From positions 1,024,001-1,088,000 of the forward strand of contig OZ242041.1 in the NCBI GenBank assembly GCA_965205215.1: a DNA stretch of 64,000 bases, written 5' to 3'. The number at the start of each line of letters is the position of its first letter. The stretch's first letter is position 1. The notes under the pieces were generated by a model. It was given only the letters and a program-made list of their open reading frames with translations. It searched no databases and was not told the DNA's origin. The position numbers and the translations under genes were made by a program. Below are positions 38,720-49,376 of this stretch, in pieces. The stretch is from Nitrosopumilus sp. (lineage in GTDB: Archaea > Thermoproteota > Nitrososphaeria > Nitrososphaerales > Nitrosopumilaceae).

Positions 38720-41700
38720 ATGTACCAAAAAATCAATGTGCTGACTTTCCCTGATTTAGCCGCAGCCGCTGTCGGCCGTGCCAGGTTCCGGAGACAGTCG
38801 TCAGGCTGGTCGTTGGCCGTATTTGTGGTGCTGGTGGCGGCAGCAGCGGCTGCCGGGTCGTTTGTACTGCTGCCCGGCCTGCCGGGCGCGCCACAGGCAG
38901 GCGATGGCGGACCGGAGTGGAGGGTGCCAGATGCACTGTCGGCGCAAGACAGCGGCGATGCGCCTGCGCGGTCATTCCAAGGCGCACTGGCGCAGGCACT
39001 GCATGCGGCCGGCGCGGCGGGCGCCGAGCTGCCTGCGGACTTCGCGTCTGCCACGGTTTGGCCTGAGCTGACGGGCGCGCCGGGGCATGCGGCACTGCTG
39101 CCGCAGGCGCACGCGCAAACGCCTGACACTGGCGCCTTTGTCACCACGTGGAACACCACCGGGGAGTCTATCGGCACTAAAAGTCTGGCGGGTATCGGAT
39201 TTCACATAGGCGTGGCATCCGGCGGCCAGGTGACCATAGACTGGGGGGACGGTAGCCCGCCACAGTCGTACAACGCATCCGGATACGTGAACCCCTATTA
39301 CATATACGATGGACCCGCCGTACTCAGAAATTCCACAGTGTCGATCTCCGGCGACTTGACGCGCTTTTACTTTCACTACTATGATGTTGCCCGAACCTTT
39401 GATACCCCAAAAATGCTCCTGTCACTGGACCAGTGGGGGGATACTAAATGGTCCGACATGACTGAGATGTTCAAGGGTGCCACAAACATGCAGTACCGGG
39501 CAACTGACGCACCAGATCTCTCCTCCCAACCCTCCGTGCTTAACATGTTTTACAACACGTACGTTGACGGCGACCTGTCCAGCTGGGACGTGTCCCCAAT
39601 GACCAGCACAAGATACATGTTCAACAAGGCTTACGGCTTTGACGGCGACCTGTCCAGCTGGGACATGTCCAGCGTGACTGACATGACGTACATGTTCTCT
39701 GACGCCCACGCATTCAACGGCGACATCTCCGGCTGGAACGTCTCCTCCGTGGAACACATGACGCAGATGTTTCAGGCCGCAACTTCCTTCAACGGCGACA
39801 TCTCCGGCTGGAACGTCTCCTCTGTGGAGGACATGTATGCAATGTTCTCTGGCGCCCTCGCATTCAACGGCGACATCTCCGGGTGGAACGTCTCCTCCGT
39901 GGACAGCCTGCACGGCATGGCTTACATGTTTAATTTCGCCCACGCCTTTGACAGGAATCTGGGACCGTGGTTTGTCGTCCTAGAAGACACGTACGTAGAC
40001 CACGGCGGGACGATAGTTGCGAGCATATCCCCGCAAGTCGGGTTTGATACGGGCGTTGACAACTACAACATTACGGGCGTCGACGCTGATCATTTCACGA
40101 TTATGGACGGACGCCTTGTCCTCAATTCCGCGTCCGACCACCACTCCAAATCCGAGTATCACATAACGATAACTGCCAACACCACCGAGGTGAACCTCAT
40201 TTCTCCTGCTGTGGAGAATTCCATCTCTCCCACCATCAGAGTCAACTCCCCTTCCCAATCGGCCCCGACTCTCGGCTCCATCACGAGGCACGACCCCACC
40301 GTCGCCACCACCGACAGCGGCACGCTCGTGTTCAACGCGACGTTCAGCAAGGCCGTGACCGGCGTGGACGCGGGCGACTTTGAGCTTGCCCCGGGCAGTC
40401 CGGAAGCCGACACCCTGAGATACGAATACTCCAGCTCGCCGGCCCTGTACGTGCCGTATAATGTATACAAGAATGACACGATTACCGTCACCGACTCCGG
40501 CGCGGCCTCGTCCGTGTCCGTGTCCGTGGACATCGAGCACGACTACATCGGCGACCTCTTGGTGCAGCTCGTGGCGCCCGACGGCACCGCCCGGACGCTG
40601 CACGACCGCGCCGGCAGCGGCGATGACGACATAACCGAGACCTACGAGGTGGACTTTGGCGGCGTCGAGATCGGCGGGGACTGGGCGATGCGCCTCCACG
40701 ACAACTTCAACGGAGACGAGGGCACCCTGAACAGCTGGAACCTGACGCTCGGGGTGGACATCGACCAGGTGACTTCCGTGACCGGCTCGGGCAGCCAGTA
40801 CTACGTCACCGTCGCGTCGCCGCAGGCAGGCACGTACAACCTGGACATCGCGCAGGACAACGACATCGTGGACGGTTCCGGCCGCGCGCTGCTGGGCCTT
40901 GCCCCGACGGGCGACGACCAGTCCTATACTGTCACCACCTCGGTCCTGCCGGTTATCACGCTGGCCGGATCGCCGACGGTGTCCGTGCCAATCGGTTCTG
41001 CGTACGCGGACGCCGGAGCCACGTGCGATGACGGCAACGGCAACGACATCTCGTCCAGGCTGGTCACGACAAACCCCGTAAACACGGATGCCGCCGACAC
41101 GTACACCGTGACGTACGACTGCACGTCAGACTCCGGCAAGTCCGCCGCCCAGGTGACCCGGACGGTGACCGTGTCGGATCCGCCGCCCTCCGTGGCGTCC
41201 ATCACGAGGCACGACCCCGCCACCGCCACCGCCACCGACAGCGGCACGCTCGTGTTCAACGTGACGTTCAGCGAGGCAGTGACCGGCGTGGACGCGGGAG
41301 ACTTTGAGCTTGCCCCTGGCAGTCCGGGAGCCGACACTCTGAGATACGAATACTCCAGCTCGCCGGCCCTGTACGTGCCGTACGACGTGTACAAAAATGA
41401 CACGATCACCGTCACCGACTCCGGCGCGGCCTCGTCCGTGTCCGTGTCGGTGGACATCGAGCACGACTACATCGGCGACCTCCTGGTGCAGCTCGTGGCG
41501 CCCGACGGAACCGCCAGGACGCTGCACAACCACACCGGCAGCAACGATGACGACATAACCGAGACCTACGAGGTGGACCTTGCCGGAACTGAGATAAACG
41601 GGAACTGGACTATGCGCCTCTACGACAACTTCAACGGAGACGAGGGCACCCTGAACAGCTGGAACCTGACGCTCGGGGTGGACGCCGACCCTGAGATTTC

Positions 41701-44059
41701 AGTGACAGGCTCAGATAGCCAGTACTACGTCACCGTCGCGTCGCCGCAGGCAGGCACGTATAACCTGGATATCGCGCAGGACAACGACATCGTGGACAGC
41801 TCCGGCCAAGCGCTGTCAAGCCCTGCCCCTACAGGCGACGACCAGTCCTACACGGTCACCGTTACACCACTGCCGGTTATCACGCTGGTCGGGACGCCGA
41901 CGGTGTCCATGCTGACTGGCTCCGCATACGCAGACGACGGCGCCACGTGCGATGACGGCAACGGCAACGACATCTCGTCCAAGCTGGTCACGGTAAATCC
42001 AGTAAACACGAGTGTAGCCGACACGTACACCATAACGTACGACTGTACGTCGGACTCCGGCAAATCCGCCGTACCGATGACCCGGACGGTGACCGTGTCA
42101 GAACCGCCGCCCTCCGTGGTATCCATCACCAGATACGACCCCGCCGTCGCCACCACCGACAGCGGCACGCTCGTGTTCAACGTGACGTTCAGCAAAACCG
42201 TGACCGGCGTGGACGCGGGAGACTTTGAGCTTGCCCCTGGCAGTCCAAACATCCTGAGATACGAATACTCCAGCTCACCGGCCCTGTACGTGCCGTACGA
42301 CGTGTACAAGAATGACACGATCACCGTCACCGACTCCGGCGCGGCCTCATCCGTGTCCGTGTCGGTGGACATCGAGCACGACTACATCGGCGACCTCCTG
42401 GTGCAGCTCGTGGCGCCCGACGGAACCGCTAGGACGCTGCACGACCACACCGGCGGCAGCGATGACGACATAACCGAGACCTACGAGGTGGACCTTGCCG
42501 GAACCGAGATAAACGGGAACTGGACGATGCGCCTCCACGACAACTACGATGCGGACGAGGGCACCCTGAACAGCTGGAACCTGACGCTCGGGGTGGACGC
42601 CGACCCTGAGATTTCAGTGACAGGCTCAGATAGCCAGTACTACGTCACCGTCGCGTCGCCGCAGGCAGGCACGTATAACCTGGATATCGCGCAGGACAAC
42701 GACATCGTGGACAGCTCCGGCCAAGCGCTGTCAAGTCCTGCCCCTACAGGCGACGACCAGTCCTATACTGTCACCACCTCGGTCCTGCCGGTTATCACGC
42801 TGGCCGGGCCGCCGACCGTACACGTACCAATCGGTTCCGCCTACGCAGACGCCGGCGCCACGTGCGATGACGGCAACGGCAACGACATCTCGTCCAGGCT
42901 GGTCACGACAAACCCCGTAAACGCGGATGTCGCCGACACGTACACCATAACGTACGACTGCACGTCGGACTCCGGCAGATCCGCCGTACCGATGACCCGG
43001 ACTGTAACCGTGTCGGATCCGCCGCCCTCCGTGGCGTCCATCACGAGGCACGACCCCGCCGTCGCCACCACCGACAGCGGCACGCTCGTGTTCAACGTGA
43101 CGTTCAGCAAAACCGTGACCGGCGTGGACGCGGGAGACTTTGAGCTTGCCCCTGGCAGTCCGGGCGCCAACCATCTGGTTCGCGCATACTCCAGCTCGCC
43201 GGCCCTGCACGTGCCGTACGACGCGTACACGACTGACACGATCACCGTCACCGCCTCCGGCGCGGCCTCGTCCGTGTCCGTGTCCGTGGACATCGAGCAC
43301 GAACACATCGGCGACCTCCTGGTGCAGCTCGTGGCGCCCGACGGAACCGCCAGGACGCTGCACGACCGCGCCGGCCGATCCTCTGACAACATAACCGAGA
43401 CCTACGAGGTGGACCTTGCCGGAACCGAGATAAACGGGAACTGGACGATGCGCCTCCACGACAACTACGATGCGGACGAGGGCACCCTGAACAGCTGGAG
43501 CCTGACGCTCGGGGTTGGTGTCGACCCAAACATTTCAGTGACAGGCTCGGATAGCCAGTACTACGTCACCGTCGCGTCGCCGCAGGCAGGCACGTACAAC
43601 CTGGACATCGCGCAGGACAACGACATCGTGGACAGCTCCGGCAGCGCGCTGTCGGGCCTTGCCCCTACAGGCGACGACCAGTCCTACACGGTCACCGCCA
43701 CGTCTGGATCCAAAACGTTCACGCGTACCAGCTCGCCGGCCCTGCACGTGCCGTACGACGCGTACACGACTGACACGATCACCGTCACCGCCTCCGGCGC
43801 GGCCTCGTCCGTGTCCGTGTCCGTGGACATCGAGCACGAACACATCGGCGACCTCCTGGTGCAGCTCGTGGCGCCCGACGGAACCACCAGGACGCTGCAC
43901 GACCGCGCCGGCCGATCCTCTGACAACATAGCCGAGACCTACGAGGTGGACCTTGCCGGAACCGAGATCAACGGAACATGGATGCTGCGCCTCCACGACA
44001 ACTACAACGGAGACGAGGGCACCCTGAACAGCTGGACACTTACGATCGACTACGGGTGA
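38720..44059 (+). CDS. Giant surface protein: DUF285/BspA-like repeats, Ig-like domains with proprotein-convertase P domains, DUF5011-like domains
   Basis: 25-aa FNGDISGWNVSSV..M..MF repeats; five copies of DIEH.(Y/H)IGDL.VQL.APDGT...G.W..RL.D....D.GTLNSW.L; three copies of PVITL.G...Y.D.GATC.D; start uncertain. Confidence 0.9.
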   Translation: MYQKINVLTFPDLAAAAVGRARFRRQSSGWSLAVFVVLVAAAAAAGSFVLLPGLPGAPQAGDGGPEWRVPDALSAQDSGDAPARSFQGALAQALHAAGAAGAELPADFASATVWPELTGAPGHAALLPQAHAQTPDTGAFVTTWNTTGESIGTKSLAGIGFHIGVASGGQVTIDWGDGSPPQSYNASGYVNPYYIYDGPAVLRNSTVSISGDLTRFYFHYYDVARTFDTPKMLLSLDQWGDTKWSDMTEMFKGATNMQYRATDAPDLSSQPSVLNMFYNTYVDGDLSSWDVSPMTSTRYMFNKAYGFDGDLSSWDMSSVTDMTYMFSDAHAFNGDISGWNVSSVEHMTQMFQAATSFNGDISGWNVSSVEDMYAMFSGALAFNGDISGWNVSSVDSLHGMAYMFNFAHAFDRNLGPWFVVLEDTYVDHGGTIVASISPQVGFDTGVDNYNITGVDADHFTIMDGRLVLNSASDHHSKSEYHITITANTTEVNLISPAVENSISPTIRVNSPSQSAPTLGSITRHDPTVATTDSGTLVFNATFSKAVTGVDAGDFELAPGSPEADTLRYEYSSSPALYVPYNVYKNDTITVTDSGAASSVSVSVDIEHDYIGDLLVQLVAPDGTARTLHDRAGSGDDDITETYEVDFGGVEIGGDWAMRLHDNFNGDEGTLNSWNLTLGVDIDQVTSVTGSGSQYYVTVASPQAGTYNLDIAQDNDIVDGSGRALLGLAPTGDDQSYTVTTSVLPVITLAGSPTVSVPIGSAYADAGATCDDGNGNDISSRLVTTNPVNTDAADTYTVTYDCTSDSGKSAAQVTRTVTVSDPPPSVASITRHDPATATATDSGTLVFNVTFSEAVTGVDAGDFELAPGSPGADTLRYEYSSSPALYVPYDVYKNDTITVTDSGAASSVSVSVDIEHDYIGDLLVQLVAPDGTARTLHNHTGSNDDDITETYEVDLAGTEINGNWTMRLYDNFNGDEGTLNSWNLTLGVDADPEISVTGSDSQYYVTVASPQAGTYNLDIAQDNDIVDSSGQALSSPAPTGDDQSYTVTVTPLPVITLVGTPTVSMLTGSAYADDGATCDDGNGNDISSKLVTVNPVNTSVADTYTITYDCTSDSGKSAVPMTRTVTVSEPPPSVVSITRYDPAVATTDSGTLVFNVTFSKTVTGVDAGDFELAPGSPNILRYEYSSSPALYVPYDVYKNDTITVTDSGAASSVSVSVDIEHDYIGDLLVQLVAPDGTARTLHDHTGGSDDDITETYEVDLAGTEINGNWTMRLHDNYDADEGTLNSWNLTLGVDADPEISVTGSDSQYYVTVASPQAGTYNLDIAQDNDIVDSSGQALSSPAPTGDDQSYTVTTSVLPVITLAGPPTVHVPIGSAYADAGATCDDGNGNDISSRLVTTNPVNADVADTYTITYDCTSDSGRSAVPMTRTVTVSDPPPSVASITRHDPAVATTDSGTLVFNVTFSKTVTGVDAGDFELAPGSPGANHLVRAYSSSPALHVPYDAYTTDTITVTASGAASSVSVSVDIEHEHIGDLLVQLVAPDGTARTLHDRAGRSSDNITETYEVDLAGTEINGNWTMRLHDNYDADEGTLNSWSLTLGVGVDPNISVTGSDSQYYVTVASPQAGTYNLDIAQDNDIVDSSGSALSGLAPTGDDQSYTVTATSGSKTFTRTSSPALHVPYDAYTTDTITVTASGAASSVSVSVDIEHEHIGDLLVQLVAPDGTTRTLHDRAGRSSDNIAETYEVDLAGTEINGTWMLRLHDNYNGDEGTLNSWTLTIDYG
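39566..39940 (+). repeat. Five 75-bp DUF285 coding repeats
   Basis: Units start at about 39566, 39641, 39716, 39791, 39866. Confidence 0.85.
40277..44056 (+). repeat. About 920-bp near-identical intragenic modules (about 4 copies plus a terminal P-domain copy)
   Basis: Module starts (SITRHDP/SITRYDP) at about 40277, 41198, 42122, 43037. Confidence 0.9.
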
Positions 44060-44378
44060 CATGTCTGAACAACCCGCCTCCGATGACCAAACTTGCAGGT
44101 TACAACGAGCATCGTCCTTTGGCGCTGTGACCGGCCAGAACCATACCAACTTGTGCGAGCAGGCGTATTCGAGGTGGTGCCTGTGTGGGTGCTGTAGAAC
44201 GCGCAGGCGGGGAGGTTGGGGGATCCGCGGATGGAAACCCCAGATCCTTCGACAAGCCGGTTGCAGGGAGGTCACTTGCCTTCCGCCGTCCAGCCCATTT
44301 TTCTACAGATCATTAAACCCGATTGCGCGCCCGCCACCGCTAGGTAGGTATATCAAACGAGGCCGCCGGCCCCGTGTG

Positions 44379-44858
44379 ATGGCTGCATTCTCGCAGATTA
44401 CCGCCGATTTACAGAGTCAGCTCAAGCGCGATCTGGCCCAGATAATGTTGCTGCTGAGGCGCAACCCCGCGCTGGGATACGCGCGCATAGTGGAGATCGG
44501 AAAAAAGGTAGGCCGCAAGTACAACATGAACCTGGTGGTGAACTTTCCAAAGGAGGGGCGCATAAACGAGTACGACATGTACGGCAGGCGCGACCTCAGC
44601 ATGATAATAGACTACGAGCGCAAACGGTTTCCGATAGACCGGGACGTGATAAAGTCAAGGGCCCGCGAGATATTCGGGGACTCTGTAAAGATACAGGACG
44701 CGTACATGTACGAGGACAAGGAGGGGGTGCGGGTGTATACGGAGGGGTGGAAGATAGACATCCTGCCCCACTCGCTGCACGTGTGGACCGTGTTCGACGA
44801 GCGCGTGACGGCCCTGTGCGACTGGCTGCTTGACGAGGTGTACGCGGTCAAGGCCTAG
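44379..44858 (+). CDS. Conserved hypothetical protein (thaumarchaeal type)
   Basis: Start MAAFSQ at 44379; globular 159-aa product. Confidence 0.75.
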   Translation: MAAFSQITADLQSQLKRDLAQIMLLLRRNPALGYARIVEIGKKVGRKYNMNLVVNFPKEGRINEYDMYGRRDLSMIIDYERKRFPIDRDVIKSRAREIFGDSVKIQDAYMYEDKEGVRVYTEGWKIDILPHSLHVWTVFDERVTALCDWLLDEVYAVKA

Positions 44859-44882
44859 GGCGCCGCCCCCCGGCGGAGCCCG

Positions 44883-45230
44883 CTATACGCCCTGCAGCTC
44901 GTCGAGGAGCGCCTGCGCCTCCGCGTCGTCGGGGTCTGCCTCCAGGATGCGGCTGATCATCGTCAGGGCCTCCTCCTTTTGGCCCAGCGACAGGTGGGCG
45001 TTCGTCTTTAGCTTTAGCGCCTCCGCGTCGTCGGCCTTGAGGTCCAGGGCCTTCTCAAAGTACGTTATGGCGTTCTTCGCGTCCTCCACGATAAAGTACG
45101 CGCTCCCCATGATGAACATAAAGTCGTGATCCTTCTCGTACTTGGGTTCCAGCTGCCTGCCAAGCGCGATGGCCTCGCGGTACTCCCCGTCGGCAATCAT
45201 CTTTCTCATCTTTCTCTTGGGGTATAACAT
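44883..45230 (-). CDS. Tetratricopeptide repeat protein
   Basis: MGSAYF...AITYFEKALDL..DDAEAL TPR pattern. Confidence 0.85.
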   Translation of the reverse strand: MLYPKRKMRKMIADGEYREAIALGRQLEPKYEKDHDFMFIMGSAYFIVEDAKNAITYFEKALDLKADDAEALKLKTNAHLSLGQKEEALTMISRILEADPDDAEAQALLDELQGV

Positions 45231-45272
45231 GTCCGTTCAGTCTCTCATGTCGTCGTCGCATCCGGCCGCCGG

Positions 45273-46850
45273 TCAGGATATTGTCATTATCCCGTTCTGT
45301 ATGAGGTACTGTATCCCCTGTACGAACGAGTTGTCGTCTATGAGGCCTTCTGCCCACCATCCGGCGTTGGTCTTTATCCAGCCGGGTATCTCAGCTGCCG
45401 CGTCGGTGCCGCTGCTGCCACTGCCCGGCTCCGTCGCCGGTATCTCTATTATTCCCTGCTTGATCAGGTACTGTATCCCCTGTACGAACGAGTTGTCGTC
45501 TATGAGGCCTTCTGCCCACCATCCGGCGTTGGTCTTTATCCAGTCGGGTATCTCCGCTGTTGTCTGTTCCGGATCTGGCTGGTCGCCGCCGCCCGCGCTT
45601 ACGTCGCCGGGATCCTGTATACCCAGCATTGGATTCTCGTATATTACAATTGGAATCTCCACATAGTCGACCGTATCGGGTGACGTGCGTATGTTCTCCG
45701 GCGACAGGCCGTACACCAATATTACATAGTTTGTCGTGCCGGGCTCCTCGTCTATGGGAATCTCAATCAGGTACTGCCCTGATGCCGAGTACAGGAACTG
45801 CTTCCCATCCTCTGCGGCAAGCGATCTTGCGAGCTTTTGTTCCTCGTCAAATGTCAATACGTCAAACTGCACTTGGTTTAGGAACTCGGTCTCGTCGTAC
45901 TTGCTGATGAACTTTATCAGCCACTCCATGCTGCACCCCTGCTTTGGATCCTCGGGGCCGTACGCCACGTGTATCTGGTACATCGCACCCACCGTGGATT
46001 TCTTGAACACGGTGTCCTTGTCAAAGCCCGTCTCGCATCCCTGGGCCGCCATGAGCTCCGTTGTTGGTATTACGTCTGCAAACGGGTCCTCCGTCACGCC
46101 CTCCTTGTAGTCCAGCAGTATGAACTCGTACTCGGTGGGGGGGATTCCCTCCGACACGTGCGTGTACGTCTTTGCCTTTATCGGGAACGGGAAGTCGTCG
46201 ACTATCCAGACGTTGCTTGACGCGCCGCCGGTCTTCCACCCTATGCGCACCGTCTCCCAGGTCTCTCCGGCGGCCCTCACGTCTTCCACTGCCAGGGGCA
46301 GCACCTGCTCGCCCCCTATGTTGCCTATCTTGCCCCACGAGGTGTCGCTGAATGCCTTTGGTCCCTTGCCGCCCTGGTCGCTGTCTGCAGTCGCGAATGC
46401 GGACAGCCACACCACGGAGGACTTGAACGCGCCGCGGTACACCCCCAGTTCTTCCGTACCGCCAGTGGGCTCTGGCGCGATCTTGCCCAGCTCCATGTTT
46501 CCCTTTGTTATACGGTTTCCGTCGTATACGACTACCTGCGCGAGCCATTTTGTCTCGCTGCCGACCTGTATGTCACCCTCTATCCACAAATCGAGTCTGA
46601 ACTTGGCGCATTCCTTGTAGTCCACGTGGCACATCGAGTATGAGAAATAGTCTCCGTGCTTGAGGCCCTCGCCTGCATGCCACGTGCCCTCCTTGTCCAC
46701 GCCGCCCGTCTGGAACTGGGCGTAGGCCTCGGGTACAAGGCCGCCCGCGCCTGCCGACGCCACAAGTAGCATTGATGCGGCCGCCATAACGGCATATGTC
46801 GTGGCAGTCGATCCCCTGACTGCCGCGCCGGCCAGACTGCAAATCTCCAA
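45273..46850 (-). CDS. Secreted surface protein with two C-terminal IPxWIKxNAGWW domains
   Basis: Signal peptide ending AYA; duplicated IP.WIKTNAGWWAEGLIDDNSFVQGIQYLI; start uncertain. Confidence 0.82.
   Translation of the reverse strand: MEICSLAGAAVRGSTATTYAVMAAASMLLVASAGAGGLVPEAYAQFQTGGVDKEGTWHAGEGLKHGDYFSYSMCHVDYKECAKFRLDLWIEGDIQVGSETKWLAQVVVYDGNRITKGNMELGKIAPEPTGGTEELGVYRGAFKSSVVWLSAFATADSDQGGKGPKAFSDTSWGKIGNIGGEQVLPLAVEDVRAAGETWETVRIGWKTGGASSNVWIVDDFPFPIKAKTYTHVSEGIPPTEYEFILLDYKEGVTEDPFADVIPTTELMAAQGCETGFDKDTVFKKSTVGAMYQIHVAYGPEDPKQGCSMEWLIKFISKYDETEFLNQVQFDVLTFDEEQKLARSLAAEDGKQFLYSASGQYLIEIPIDEEPGTTNYVILVYGLSPENIRTSPDTVDYVEIPIVIYENPMLGIQDPGDVSAGGGDQPDPEQTTAEIPDWIKTNAGWWAEGLIDDNSFVQGIQYLIKQGIIEIPATEPGSGSSGTDAAAEIPGWIKTNAGWWAEGLIDDNSFVQGIQYLIQNGIMTIS
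45304..45543. repeat. Two identical 78-bp direct repeats (45304-45381, 45466-45543)
   Basis: Direct comparison. Confidence 0.9.
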
Positions 46851-47161
46851 GTTACTTCATTTTACGCAGTCGATTAGTTAAACCTTTTTTGCCCGTCTGC
46901 CGGACCAGGCCGGCAAGCGAAGAGAAAGATGCAGCCGTTCATCCCGTCCACGTGACTGCATCTGGACATGTGCGGTGGAACCTGCGACCAAACTCTTGTG
47001 GCCCCCCCTTACAGGTACGTTTTCCTTCCGATCATCCTCCCTCCTGCTCTCTGCAGGCGGCAGGCGCCATTTCCGTCTGCGGAGAGCGCCGCTGATGCAA
47101 CATATAGGATCTGGTGCACGGCACAGTGTGTGTCAAGGACGCGGCTGCCGGCGCCCCGGGG

Positions 47162-48700
47162 TCATCTGCAGACTAGGGTGCGCTGCGTGTCAGCTGGCTC
47201 GTTGATGAACAAGGTGACGGGTGCAGAGTTGCCGGACATTCCAGTGCTGTCTGAGGCGATGGCAGATATGAAGTGCAGTCCGTTTGGAACCTCGAGTTCA
47301 GCCGACCATGCACCGCTGCCGTCTGCGGTGGCGGTGGCGATCTCCGTCACATAGTTGACTATTGAAATGTCGGCGCCGGAGCGGGCAGTCCCGGATATAG
47401 TGATGGTGCCGTCTGCGTGTGTCGAGATCGGGCCCGGACTGCTTATGACGGGCCTCTCCGTTATGGTCGCGCCAGAATCCACGTATACGAGTGACAACAG
47501 AGAGTGTCCGGACTCTTGGCTGCCGCGAAAGGATGTTGCCGTAAGCGTGTGGAACCCGTCTGCAAGATCTACTGTCATGGACCACGCTCCAGAACTGTCC
47601 GCAATGGTCGTGCCTATGGGCGCAATGTCCAGTCCGGTTACCATGACGACGGTATTTGGCGCGGCCGTCCCGCGTATCACTACGCCGTCACCGTCAGTTA
47701 TAAGGGCGCCAGTGCCAGGTGACGCAATCGTGGGTATCTGAAGTTCGCCGGGGGCGTGTCCGTCACCTAGGCTGACGTAGACTAGGAACGGGTCGGAATG
47801 AAGCGGCCTAGAGTCGGCTGTTGTGGAAATGGCAAAGAAGATGTGTATGCCGTCGGCGTTGGTGGCCTGAACGGACCACGCCCCGTCCGCATCGGCAACG
47901 TCCCTGCCCACCTCTCCGGTAAACAGGTCCGAAATTACGATCAAGGCTCCCGGTGCCGACGTACCTGTTACCGTAAACGTGTTGCCCGGTACGGCGGCCC
48001 CGCTGACCGGGGACGTCACGACGGGGTGTCCGGGAGTGGTCGGCATGCCGTCGGTTATGAACATAGTGACTGTGTCCGTGCCCAAGATCGTTGGGACGCC
48101 ACCTGCGATCGACGTTGCAAGGGCGGTAAAGGTGTGCATGCCGTCGTTGTGACCAAACTCTGCCGACCACGTGCCATCGAGGCCGGCAGCTGTCGTGGCC
48201 AGGCTGGTTCTGGTAAGATCAAGTATGCTGACAAGGGTGCCCGGATCTGCCGTCCCGCTTATGGAGACCGTCTCGCCGGTCAATATGTGGCCGTGGGTGG
48301 GGGACGTGATGCTGATTGCGGGTTCTGGTGCCCGGAAGTCGTCGTTGCCACTGACGGTTATTACCAGTGGGGTCGACCGCACCAAAATGTTCAGATTACT
48401 GGGATCCGGAAACGTACTCGCTACTATGGTGTGCCCGCCGTTTGGCAGCATGACCTCGACTGACCATGGACCGCCTGGCGTGAGGACCACCGCGCTTCCA
48501 AGCACCGTTGTCAGGGACGGATCACTCACAACGACCAGTCCGGGCGCCGAGGTTCCGGATACGGTAAACGTGTTCGATGTGATGACCTCGTTGGGTGCGT
48601 GGGACGTGATTGTCGGTGCGGGAACCGTCTGCGCGTATGCAGTAGAGCCGAAGAGGCCCGCGCAGACCGCGATTGCCAAAAGCGCCAAGATTGCTCTCAT
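47162..48700 (-). CDS. Secreted protein with five bacterial Ig-like repeats
   Basis: Signal peptide; repeats P.ITSP...SGT..PG...AD..GAWS...DG.H...A; different codon usage from flanks. Confidence 0.83.
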   Translation of the reverse strand: MRAILALLAIAVCAGLFGSTAYAQTVPAPTITSHAPNEVITSNTFTVSGTSAPGLVVVSDPSLTTVLGSAVVLTPGGPWSVEVMLPNGGHTIVASTFPDPSNLNILVRSTPLVITVSGNDDFRAPEPAISITSPTHGHILTGETVSISGTADPGTLVSILDLTRTSLATTAAGLDGTWSAEFGHNDGMHTFTALATSIAGGVPTILGTDTVTMFITDGMPTTPGHPVVTSPVSGAAVPGNTFTVTGTSAPGALIVISDLFTGEVGRDVADADGAWSVQATNADGIHIFFAISTTADSRPLHSDPFLVYVSLGDGHAPGELQIPTIASPGTGALITDGDGVVIRGTAAPNTVVMVTGLDIAPIGTTIADSSGAWSMTVDLADGFHTLTATSFRGSQESGHSLLSLVYVDSGATITERPVISSPGPISTHADGTITISGTARSGADISIVNYVTEIATATADGSGAWSAELEVPNGLHFISAIASDSTGMSGNSAPVTLFINEPADTQRTLVCR

Positions 48701-49000
48701 TTCTTACTTGTATCGTTAAATGCTCGTATAAAAGCATTGATGAAAGTGTACATTATCTGGACGGCAGTTGATTCCTGCCAAATGCCGGCGCATTTTCCGC
48801 CGCCTGCCGCACTGCATGGGCGTGGACGGCAAACGGTTGTCGGTTCGGGCTTCTGTTCCTCTCCTCTCCAATACACACACCCGCACCGGTGAGCATATGG
48901 CAGGAGGCGTGTCCGGTTCTTGACAGGGAGTGAACGGATACAAAAGGCATGCTTGCCGCCTTCGTATAGGCAAATATAGCAGTGCCATGCACCCGATCGT

Positions 49001-49165
49001 ATGTGCGAATGCTCAAAGGTGCACCTCTTCGAGGTCGAGTTCAAGCTGGACGGCCTGGTGGTCGTACCCACGCACAAGAACTGCGGGTTCGCGCTTGACG
49101 AAAAGCAGGCAGAAAAGTTCCAAAAGGCACTGGTAAAGTCATGGGGCATGGAAGTCGAAGAGTAG
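49001..49165 (+). CDS. Small Cys/His protein (54 aa), below the ORF-track cut-off
   Basis: MCECSKVHLFEVEFKLDGLVVVPTHKNCGFALDEKQAEKFQKALVKSWGMEVEE*; TATA-like AAATATA about 25 bp upstream. Confidence 0.72.
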   Translation: MCECSKVHLFEVEFKLDGLVVVPTHKNCGFALDEKQAEKFQKALVKSWGMEVEE

Positions 49166-49244
49166 GCCGCGGACGCGCCACGTATCTGCAATGCCCGATT
49201 CGGCGCATCGACATCCTTTAAAGCTGCATGTCCGGACTGTTGTC

Positions 49245-49376
49245 ATGAAGGCAAGGTTTGCAAGTACGTGCCCGGCGTGCAATGACGCCATAAAGGTGGG
49301 CAGGGAGATAGCAAAGAACTCCGAGGACAAGTGGGTTCACAAGGCGTGCTCTGACATTGAAGAGGAGCTTCCCTGA
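49245..49376 (+). CDS. Small zinc-binding protein (43 aa)
   Basis: MKARFASTCPAC...WVHKAC (CxxC...HxxC); TTTAAA upstream. Confidence 0.72.
   Translation: MKARFASTCPACNDAIKVGREIAKNSEDKWVHKACSDIEEELP

Noticed and set aside
40277-44056. Diversity-generating retroelement TR/VR pair
   Set aside because: No reverse transcriptase in the window, all copies are in-frame domains, and differences are not confined to adenines.
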